The notes under the pieces are model-generated. The model saw only the letters and a list, made by a program, of their open reading frames with translations, had not been told where the DNA came from and made no database searches. A stretch of 64,000 bases of DNA from Chrysomallon squamiferum. Its lineage: Eukaryota > Animalia > Mollusca. Position numbers and translations under genes: made by a program. The stretch spans positions 12,586,001-12,650,000 of the forward strand of contig CM022679.1 of assembly GCA_012295275.1 (NCBI GenBank), written 5' to 3'. This document shows, piece after piece, positions 20,701 through 31,900 of the stretch (its first letter is position 1; every line of letters begins with the position of its first letter).

Positions 20701-22033
20701 TTGTAACATTGAGGGATATTGCAACAGATCAGAGTGCAGTGTAGAAACAAATCCACTATTATATAATTCCAGCTATAATAAAACATCTAGGTGAACAAAC
20801 TGAGTAGTGAATGGAAGTGAGTATGGCTTGTGAAGTTAAATCAAGATATGGACAACAAAAATCTAGCAAATATTCAAAAGACTTAATCTCTACATTAGGT
20901 CATTTTTAGTCCAGAGAACAAAGAAAATTGTGTCTAGGTTTGATGTATCCAACAGGCTTTGCACTTAGTAATAAAGCACATGATCCCTCTTCATTCTTTT
21001 GAAGAAAGACCTTATCTAGGGACATTATCTAATATTTTATCTTTTTAGGGGAAAAGGGGCATTTAATTTCTAAACCAAATTTCCTGCAACAGTCACAAGA
21101 AACAGTTCCATCTGGTGAGGTTCCAAGATGTGGGATTTCAGCACTGATGATAAATCCACTCTTTAATTGTCAGAGTGTGCTGGAAAGGGCCTATTTCAGG
21201 CTATCCCTGTAAATAACAGTGTCTTTAGAAGCTTTAGCCATCACTATTACTTTTTACTTCTATGAATTTACATTTTGTTTCACTCTGCATTCATGTATTA
21301 TCTCATGGTTGTCCCATCTATGGCAGACTGAACAGCATCATGGGAAATATGTTGCATAACTGAAACCGCTGTAAATATACTGTTTGTTATACACTATTCC
21401 TGTTGTGTGTTTATAAACAGCCATACATCTTAACAAAATTTATTCAGGCTTTATTAACTTCTGGATGATGCCAGAAAATTCAACAGCATATGAGTCAAGT
21501 ATTTGCTACTGTGCAGTGAAGTTCAGTTTCTGATTTAGTGTGACATTTTTGCAGAACAAATAATAGTAAAATAATTCAGTAAAATGTGCGTTGACATAAA
21601 CTGGATTACTAATATTTATATAAACAATAAAGTGAATAATTATTAAGTCAATACATTTTTAATATTAACATGGCAATGGCATTACTATACATTACTTACT
21701 CTTAATACTGTATACGTGATTATCATTATGGTTACATTCGTAAAATGGCAGTCCAGTTAATCGATGTTGTTGTCTAAATGTCACTGCATAGTGATACATC
21801 AATGTATACGACTTTTGTAAACTGCAATGGCCTTTTCGTGGTTTTTGAATAGGCGAAGCGAGGAAGGTCCTGATAGTGATACTTGACAGTGAGTGTCACA
21901 GTGCGATTGCAGCAAGCTTAAACAAATTAAATGCATTTTTACCTCTAATAGCTGTTACTGGACCATCGATGATCTTAAACAACGCCAGTGCCAATTTTTC
22001 GTATCTATGCCCCTCATTATCACCGTCTGACAT
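16747..22033 (-). CDS. NDUFB10: NADH:ubiquinone oxidoreductase subunit B10 (PDSW), 158 aa; exons 21943-22033, 18522-18663, 17923-18062, 16747-16850
   Basis: Spliced translation MSDGDNEGHRYEKLALALFKIIDGPVTAIRE-KVVEPIQSKNKYPYYHRHFRRVPTVDECDYNDAVCIYEADMQYKRDK-QVDSQIVKILRNRKNECKFWEGPDAKQKCKKICEDYEKAATNWFIK-YGDIGANNNVITAYMKQKHRLIWER. It has the YYHR.FRRVP, C..EA..Q.KRD, YGD.G and MKQK.R signatures. Canonical splice sites give 477 nt. Confidence 0.95.
18862..20209. mobile_element. Foldback/MITE-like DNA element with ~340 bp imperfect inverted arms in NDUFB10 intron 1
   Basis: Left arm 18862-~19205 (tttatgaaacttggtatactt...aaagtttcag) is the reverse complement of right arm ~19811-20149 (ctgaaacttt...aagtataccaagtttcataaa). 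The spacer is ~600 bp. Confidence 0.8.
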
Positions 22034-22909
22034 GCTACTGATTTATTTTATTCCTCAATTATGAAGGTGAATCAATCTCGTTCGACGGAAGTGAAGGTCG
22101 TAATTTGCCAAAAACTGATTCTGTTTCTTCTTTCGTATAAGGTTCCGTGATTAGTAAAGCACTACTTTTGCAGTAATTTATAATAGTTACAGTTTTAATT
22201 TATTGAACAATTTTCAAATTTTACATTATTTCTTACGCTTGCAGACCCATCACAAATTGTAAATGAATGAAGCATAAATAATCTGAAAAAAATCCTGGAA
22301 TATATCTATACCTGCACGTCTGTCTGACTACCTATCTACCCAGTAAATCATACATCGTACGTGCTTATATAAATTATAATACATACAGATATATATAATA
22401 CATGCATAGACATATTTACAGAATGCAAACAGAACATTACAGATAAACATAATTATATAAAATACTGTTTACATTATATTCATCATAATTTACATAATTA
22501 CCATATAATACTAATATTAATATTTAAGACTGCAACAACTTATTTTTATTCATTTTCAGTATTATATATTTATATCAATTTTTCTTATTATTATTACTCT
22601 CGACGTATGGTTGTTTTTAAACCTCTTGATAATTATTGCCTATTTCATATATTTGTTCGATAGTTGAAAACATTACTTGCATGAGTTTGTTAAGAGTTGC
22701 TTGCCCATTCATCCCATTGGAGAACGACATTCAAAAATAGTTAATAAATCACATATTGTAAGTTGTGGTGTAGCTTTTTTATCATATTAATTACACATAT
22801 GTCAAGTACTATTATTAAAATATTAAACAGTAAATATAGCAGATAGTCGTAATATAGCACGTTTTACGAGCCTCATTTTCGATAAGCCTTTCCGCTTGTG
22901 GTCGTCATC
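22034..22909. promoter_or_regulatory. Divergent (bidirectional) promoter region between NDUFB10 and RPL3
   Basis: 876 bp separate the two start codons. An ETS/GABP-type CGGAAGTG lies at 22086-22093. A polypyrimidine TCT/5'TOP-like CCTTTCC lies at 22887-22893, just before the RPL3 ATG. Confidence 0.65.
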
Positions 22910-25900
22910 ATGGTAAGACGTGTTAATTTTTTAGTTTCATAATCGTATGCCATCTGCGTGCAGTTTTGAGTTAATTTGAATAGATTTGTGTTTTAAATAG
23001 TTATTACATTCCTTTGCATTAATTTTTAATAAGTAATTAATGTAATTTCTTATCTGTTTTCCTTTTAGTCTCACCGAAAATTTTCTGCCCCTCGCCATGG
23101 TTCTAAAGGCTTTCTGCCTAAGAAGAGGTCCAAGAGACATAGGGGCAAAGTCAAGGCTTTTCCTAAAGATGATAAAACGAAACCTGTTCATTTAACAGCG
23201 TTTATAAGCTACAAGGCCGGTATGACTCACATTGTCCGTGAGGTTGATAGACCTGGATCAAGTAAGTTGAAAACAATTTGTAGGTATGTGGACAAAAAAT
23301 TCATTCACCACCAACTTCAACATAAATAACATTGCTGAAAAGAACTCTAAAAACCCTGTCAAAGACGACAAACATGTGATTCTGTTGAGTATTAAGGAAG
23401 TTACAGCATTTTACCGTTTTCAATTAACACAAATTAATTGTTCTATCATTTACTGCATTTGCATTACAGTGGCGTGACCAAAATCCTATTGTTTTTCACT
23501 AAAATGCATGTAACTTTCTTAATCAAATTTTATTAGTGAAATTTGGACTGAAGATAGATGGTATCTAGTTCTCTCAATACAAGCTATTAAAGGTGCAATA
23601 TAAATAATTATTAATACAGCAGATTTTAATTAGCCTAATTTGGCAACTTCAGTTAACTGAAAAAGTTATAACAAGAATTATTGTAGATAATGTCACGCAG
23701 TCCTTAATGAGACATTTTATACAGACCTCATTCCAAAAAATGTACTGGGTTGATAAATAAGTCATTGCAGTTCATAACTGATTCATATTTATAGCAGAGG
23801 CATCAAAAATTTAACTGTTGGGAAGAAGTGGTAAATAACAACGGAGAATACATTATTGATTAAATTACACCTTGTTATCAATTAAGCTTAAGTTTTCTTC
23901 TATGTAATGATTATATTTAGTTTAACTGCAATGGCTTATTCCTCAACCCAATATTTACATAGTCAAATCATCGGAAATAAGGTCTGCAGCCAATTGGAAA
24001 ACAGACGTATCAAAGTCAGTTGCATCATCATGTTTCTGTCTGTGACCAGTATGCTACAACACACTTACTTCCCTTAGCCTTCATCTTTTCAATTCTGCCA
24101 TTGTAAAGAATCTGGCGCCCATCTTCAAACCATACATGACAAATGTTACATCCAACAGATTTGCCTTCCAACAATTCCTGGAGTTGATCCTGCTTACCAT
24201 CAGAAAGCTCAGGAAATTCCTCACCAATCTTAGCAACCTTAACAGTTTTCAGTTTCTTCTCTAGCTTTTTCCTCACAGATGTCTCTCTTGTTTGATGTTT
24301 GTCAGTTTGTCTCTTTGATAATTCTGCTCTCAACTCATTCTGCTTCATTCTTCTCTTCTGCCTTTGTTTCTGACCTACCTGTACAGCCTTCATGAGAATC
24401 ATATCTCTCCTCTCCTTTTCTAAACCATCTAGATAGGCCACAGTTTTATTTTTTTGTGCCCTCAACTTACTTGAGATAGCAAACAGTTGCATTAGCCGCC
24501 TTCTGTTTTGCAGCATTGAACATGCCCACCATCTCTTCAGCATCCATATTGTGAGACCTAGCACTTTCAGTTTCTAGTCTCAGCCTCTCTGTGATCTTCC
24601 AGTCATCTGAAAAAAAATTCTTATATTGCCGCTCAAGGACATCGACATTGGCTTGAAGACATGCTTTCATCATGTCACTGAAGATGGTCCCATCCTTGGG
24701 TGGCTCCTGTAATTTGAGAAGGGTTTTATCTTCAACTTGATGAAGCTGGTTACCAAAAAAATCTGTTTCACACGCCAGGAGATCCATTGGTGCGTCCATC
24801 TGGTCCTTCAGTTTTTGGATGATCTATTTAATGACTTGGATCCCCTCTACATGATCAGTCTGGTCCACTGCAGCAGTGTAAAAAAAATTCATCCAAGTGC
24901 CAGTTAACATCTTGCCTAACAGGCCTAACACCTGCATCTCAACCTTACCTGTTACTGACACAAAGTCAGCCAAGACACTAGCACGCAATCCATCACACAC
25001 TGTACCGTGTTCAAGGTATTTCTTGAACAACGCATGATGCTGAGTATATATGCCACATATATGAAACAGAACATGCAAACGATTACCCCGATACCTGAGA
25101 ACAATCCCCTGAGGCAGGTTGTGGTCATCAAGAAGTCTTGAACCCCTGGGGATCACCCTTATTGTTTTTAAAGTGGAGTTTGTTCATCTATTCAATGATG
25201 TTGGATGCACATCAATCATTTCACCAAATCTGTCCCTTTGCACCCCCTTCACATTCCTTGAGTGCTGTTCTAGCTTTTGTGGCTGAGTCCAGTGGGTGCT
25301 GATTGGCAGTTGAACTCGTTCAAAGTCTTGGCCCAAGAAACATTCACTAACTGTATTGCAGCATGGTTTGCTGCACACCGATCAGTAAGACTGTTGGTTA
25401 TGTTTGAAATTAACCCCTGGCGTATGGTTTGATAGTCTTTATCAAAGAAATGACAGTACACCAGGGCCAAGTTATCAACTGAATCACAGATGTGCTCGTG
25501 ATAATCATTGGCTGTACCTCCAGGTAACTGATTGGCAGCAACATAGCAATCGGCATGGGTGGTGATGTGTATGCTATTCAAATGACCTCCGCCTTGTGTC
25601 GTGGCGTTGAGTCCTTATTGTCTAAAATAGCTTCTGCAGTTTGAAGATCGCTTATTGCCCCAAGTTCTCTTACCATTGCTTCTACTGTAGTCCTGTGTGG
25701 AACAATAGCATCAAAAACGTTGAATCTCATTTCAGGAGAATAAGTCCTCCCATCGGACTTGGTTTGTTCAACAAAACCCTCCAGCTCTTTTACCCTATCT
25801 TCTAGCATTAGTTTGTTGTCTTGGAGCTGGAGGATTTCCTCCCTTCCTGCCAGTTTCCTTTCCAATACTTACTCTTTCATCATCAGTCTGGGATAGAAAC

Positions 25901-28900
25901 ATTAGTTTTCTTTATTTTGTGGTATTTCTTAATTTGCTGATGTTTCTTTTCTAAAGTTGATATGATACTTGTAGCTTTTCCCAGACCTTCAGCAAGCAGA
26001 AGAATCCAGCTGCGATTTTACTTTGGATAATTGCCCTTCTTTTCTCTTGATTTTTTGATTTAGTCTCTTTACTGATTCAAACCTTCTCTGATGGCGCTTG
26101 GCCATCATATTACGTACCTTAATCCAATTCTGACATTTTAAGAGATCCTGTTTCTGTTTGGCAAATTGCAGACTTTCATGATATCTCTCAGTTATGGCAC
26201 TGATTTTCAGTGGGGACACAGCAACAGGCTTGGTACTGGGAAGAACAATGGCATATTCTTCATCAGCCTGAGGGACTTCCACTGGCTGGATAATACATGA
26301 CATAACTGTGGAAATAGTACTGGTCAGGTTCAGCTGATCAAAACTTTCGTGACAAATGGAATCAAACATACTGAATTCCACAGTGTCGTTGAGTTTCTTG
26401 AACTTGTTCAAAGTGTTGTCAACAAGTTTTTGAATTTGTGATGTAATATAATTCAAAACTGTATTTCTCTGATGACCAATAATATTATTGGGGATATATG
26501 ACTGAAGTTCTCTAAAGGTCTTCAAACGGCTTTTTTCACAGCGAAAGACAAAAATAAACAATACATGACCATTTAAGAAATTCACCAAAGAAACTGGAAT
26601 TCCATTGGAAAAGTTCTCTTCCAAGTGTTGGTTGGCTATACCAGTCCTTGGATTGGGGGATTTTCTTTTCCGCTTCAAGTTAGGCATCCTGAAAAGAAGA
26701 CCAACATAATGATTACTAAATTTCAAAATTAGTTCATACCGATTGGCTGAAGACACTCGCAAAATCCACAATCATCCACTATTTACAATCCATCGGGTAG
26801 AAAGTGTGACATAGAGTTCCGTCGTATATTTATACAGCATCACAATGTGTTCTATCACTCATTTATCAAACCTAATACTGAAATTGAGGGTAGAAATCAC
26901 TTCAGTTTCACTCAAATTTTTATCCGCCATGTTTGATTTTGAAGCCATTTCGATTTTACAGCTCGTCTTCCCGGGGTTCATAAACTATCTCAGCTATGTC
27001 AGATTTCAATATAAATTCAGATATAATAAAATTAATATTGTTCTTCCACTTACCTTAGATTATCCTCAGATATTGAAAACGACCGATTTTAATGTTGAAT
27101 ATGAGAAAAAATACACATTGTATTGCTCCTAATTAAGACCGGCAACACCTTTCTGGAGGATTATACAAGTTTAAAAGTCACAACATTTAATAAAACATGC
27201 ATCCTACAAGCTATTAAAAATATAATCAACATAGATTATAGAAATATGATCATTTCAAATAGCATCAGTTATTTGTAGTTGCACATAAAATCTGCAGCAA
27301 CTTAACTAGGTAGGAAACAATTTACAGCTATTGTAAATAAAATCAATGTGATTTCGGTCTGTAGAAAATTTCACTAAGCACATGCTAAAATGTACATGCT
27401 GAAAATAAGAACATTCAAGAAAAACGTACAGCAAACATGTTATTAAAATTAGAAAAATATAATCATATTAAAAGCAACACACCTTTCTAGTTGTACATAC
27501 AGCAATTTCGGTAGGGTAGAAAGCGTACTTAACGGCGATTTCCCTGTGCACGTGCTATAATGTACATGCTGAAAATAAGAACATTCAAGAAGGAAAAACA
27601 CACGTTACTAAAAATATAAACAACATAGAAATATAATCATTTTCAACAGCTCCAGACCTTTCTAGCACATTTTAAAATTAAAATGCAAGCAACCACACAT
27701 GTATATACAATATTTTATTAAAAATGTTAGGTCAATTTGTCGACAAATTGACCTTTCTAACTGTACATAAAATTTACTAGAATTCATAAAACTAAATATA
27801 TAGTTAGGATCATCTTCAATTAGATCTGCAGCCAGAGCATGGATGTTCATACAGTGGTCTACTGCATCTGCATACGATTCATTTGCTCCCCAGTAGTCTA
27901 CAACCTATTTCTTACCTTTGCATGTAATCTTCTATCTTTCCATTGTATATTGTTCTTTCTCCATCATCAATCCACATATGCCAAATCATGCTACCCACTG
28001 AATTCCCAGATAATCTGAGATATCCAAGAATTCAACAGTCTGTCCATGTCTACGCTTTTCAATCTTTTCTCCAATCTGTTCCTCTCTGTGGTTTCCTTTG
28101 CCTGCAGCTTCTGTACCTGTCTCCTGTTTTGTTCTTTTCTCAGATTTTTCTGCTTGGTACGCCTGACCTGTCTGTGTTGTTGGCCCATGTGGATCGCTGT
28201 TTTAATATGATCTCTTGACTCCCTGTCTAGGGCATCAAGATAATCCACTGTCCTGTTTTTTATGGCCCTCATTTTACATGAGATGTAGCAGAGAGTAGAA
28301 TTAGGGGATTTCTTGTGTAAGGAACTAAACATCCCCATGATCTCTTCTGCATCAATGTGTTGACATCCATCCGACCTCGACTCATCCCTCAGTCGCTCGG
28401 TGAAATCGCAGTGGAAGTATCTGTTGTACTGCCGCTCAAGGACAACAACTGTTGCAGCCAAACAACTCTTCATCATGATTGTAAGCAGGGAGATGTCTTC
28501 AGTTGCTGCCTGGAGAATTTCCAGAGTTGGTTCTTGCAAAAGTGTATGTCCATGACAATGTCTCTTCAGGGGCCTGTGCACTGACTTTCAGTTTGGCAAT
28601 AACTTGCTTAACCAGCTCAGTGCCCTGAATATGGTTTACTTATTCTGGGGCAACCGCTGATCAGTAGAACTCTGTCATCCAAGGACCACTGAGCAGTTTC
28701 CCATTAAGTCCAAGCACCTGCATTTCCACTTGTGCAGGAACAGACACAAAGTCTGCTAGGATGCTATGCTGTAAACCACCACACGATACATCCCGTCTGC
28801 AGAAAACTCATGAATAAATTATGGAAGCGAGTGAAAACACCACATATATGAAAAAGGATATGTAGGTGGTTACCTCTGTATCTGGGCAAGATCCCACATG

Positions 28901-31900
28901 CGAAGTTTTCGTGGTCTAGAAAAATGGTGAAACCACGAGGATCACCCTTGCTATCCATAAACCTCATTTTGTTCATCTGCACTACTATGTTTCCAGCCAA
29001 AGAGTCTATCTCTTTACGTTTCTTTTCTATTCTCATTTCTGCTTTACATGTTTTTGTTGGAACTGAGTCCAATGGATGTAAATGTCAATTTAATTCATTG
29101 AGTGTTTTGCTCCACGTTTCATTCAGAAGCTGAATTGCAGCATGATTTGCAGGGCATCGATCAGTAAGGGTATTGGAAATATCAGAAATTATTTTTGTTC
29201 TTGCAGTTTGATAATCATCCTCATGAAAGTTTGAGTAAGTTATTAATGGAGTCAGATATGTGTTCATGATAATCATCAGCAGTCCCACCAGCCAGTTCAT
29301 CAACTGCAGCAACATAACAGTTCTCTGGTGTCGTAATGTGGGCACTGTTCACCATTGTGCCCTCTGTGTTGTGGCATCAAAATCAAGTGTGCAGTTTTTA
29401 TTCTCAATTAAAGCTTCAGTTGCCTGTAATTCAGTTATTACTTGTCATTGCCTCAGTAGTGGTTCTGTGTGGGATGTCATTCAGTGGAACATTTCGCAAA
29501 CAAAATTTCTGAACAAGAACGGATATATTGCTGGTTGGCACCTGATTTACAATGGCATCAAATACCATCATTCTTAGGTCTGCAGAATAGACCTTTCCAT
29601 TATATTTTGTTTTTTTGTTTACTAACTAATGAAGCTTTTCTTCCAGCAGGATTTTATCTCTCTGGAGATCAATTATCCCCATTTGTTTTATTTTTAAGTT
29701 CAGAAATTTTGTTTTTGGCAGATAGCAAAGTTTCCAATTCAGTTTTATTCTTTTTTTCACTGTGGTACTTTTTCAGTTTTTCATTGGGTTTTTTAAAGTT
29801 CGACAGCAGATTTTGCCTCATGCATAACCTTTGAAACAGTACTTTTTTCTTTAGGTTTTGCTATTTGTTCCTCTTTCCATCTGATTGTTTGGTTTAATAA
29901 TTTTACACATCCCTTTTTCTTCTGCTGTGTTCTCACATCTCAGATTGCAATATGTTTAAACCTTTGAAGCCGTAGCTGTTTTAGTCTCATATTTGTTAAG
30001 GAGTTATTTAATAACCTGCATGACTGGCAGTTTTTTGTTTGTCTGGTTTTCATGGGTGGTTTTGTCAATATTTGAATGGCAGATTCCTCTGAATCTTCTC
30101 CCCAGTATGAACTGCTATCCAATCAATAGTGTGGTTCTGGGGAAGCAGTAACATATTGTGGGTTGCAACTCGGTCCAGGTTGGGGCTCATTTTGTTTTCC
30201 TGGTACATTCTCAAGATTCTACAGATTTCTGTGAGGAAAAAAATTTCAGAACATAAACACATAAATTTGGTAAATTGTACAGCACAAGCCAGATTTCAAA
30301 ACTTAACAAACTGGTACATAACTTTCTTTTCTTCAGCAGAAAGTCTCAACACAGTAGGGTTAGGAGTTAGTGACAAATGACTACATAATTCACTAACTGT
30401 TGTTGCTCGACTGTTACCACAGCTAGTGTAAATATAAAGCACATGTCCTTTCAAAAACTCATCTGTTGCAGGAACTGTGGAATACTTTTCTTGCAGATGC
30501 TGTCTAGCTAAGCTCGGTTGGTTACATCTAATTAGGCACCGTTTCTTTTTACTCAAAGGCATCTTTTGGTTATTCACTGAAAAAAACAAGATAAGAGCTG
30601 AGAAGACAACTGAAATAAGTTTTAAAAATAGTTGAAATTATGAAGGACATTATTACCAAAATGAAACAGCAACTGTGTGGGTCAAACCAAACACTGAAAA
30701 AAAAAAAAAAAATCAATTGTATGAAAAGAAATGCAGAATTTTTGCTGGAATCCCCCAGAAATAATGTAAAAAAAGCCATGAAAAGCAAGCAAATGGTGCA
30801 CATCCACATGCAAGATATGGGCAAAATTAACAGGCCAATTGGTGCACTATTATCTGTACACTTAAATAATGTACAGATGCAGAAACAAGTTCTGTATTAT
30901 AAGCTGTATCTAATCTGTGACTTTAAAAATAAATGTTTTGCCCTATTTCATTGAGAATAAGCTAGAAATGTTCAGTAATATTTAAAGGACATTTTTCTTT
31001 CTATCTCAGTCCCAAGAAGCCATGGAATAATTGCTTATTTTCTTAGTTTTTCAATTTTACCACTGTACATTAGTTTCTCGAATGCCCTGTCACATGATTG
31101 CCTTTCCATCCACTAGAACCCTAAGACTGTCAGTAGTATCCTGCTCAAAATGTGGAAGGTTTCTTTCCTTCGGAAAAAATGCTAGCTGCACATTTTACAT
31201 TGTACCAAGATCTGGTTTCACTTGCCATCAGACCTACTTTGAATACAGACATTTCAGGCATTTAGCTCGAGTATATTTGTTTTTACATCTAATATTCTTT
31301 ACATGCCTATTAGATAGTTTAATGATCACTGACCAGTTACAGATAGCTGAAGATACATCTTTCTCTCTATTAAGTCCTGTAAGTATTTAATGAAAGGTTA
31401 ATCCTTTTCTGTAGTTTGTCTTAGATGAACAAATGCTGGCCTTTTGTATTGTAAATTAAAAACTTACATAATTTTCACTTGCCAGAGGTCAACAAGAAAG
31501 AAGTTGTGGAAGCTGTAACCATTCTTGAGGCCCCTCCCATGGTCTGTGTTGGTATTGTTGGTTACATTGAAACACCCCGTGGACTGCGTACCTTCAAAAC
31601 TGTGTGGGCCGAGCATCTGAGTGAAGAGTGCAAGCGACGTTTCTACAAGAACTGGTAAATTTTAAAGCAGTGATAAACTAACTAATTTGTTCAGTCCTGT
31701 TGAGCATAAAACTGTCATTCACATAGGAAACAGTATTTTTTAAAGTTTTAAGTAATGAACTTCAGAAAAAATTAACATTAAATGTCTGAAGACTTAATAT
31801 CTTTGATGGTGCAAGGAATCAGGGAAAAAAAATCCTATGATTACATTAGTAAATTAACTTCTAGCCATTTATATTGTATTTAAAATATTCTGGTTTGAAA

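Noticed and set aside
27171-30926. TTAA-flanked agtcaca/tgtgact as termini of element B
   Set aside because: Only 7 bp and offset by one base, which is expected by chance in AT-rich DNA.
31080-31255. Possible H/ACA snoRNA ending ACAttt in RPL3 intron 2 (also ACAtgt in intron 6)
   Set aside because: I could not identify two convincing hairpins or pseudouridylation pockets by eye.
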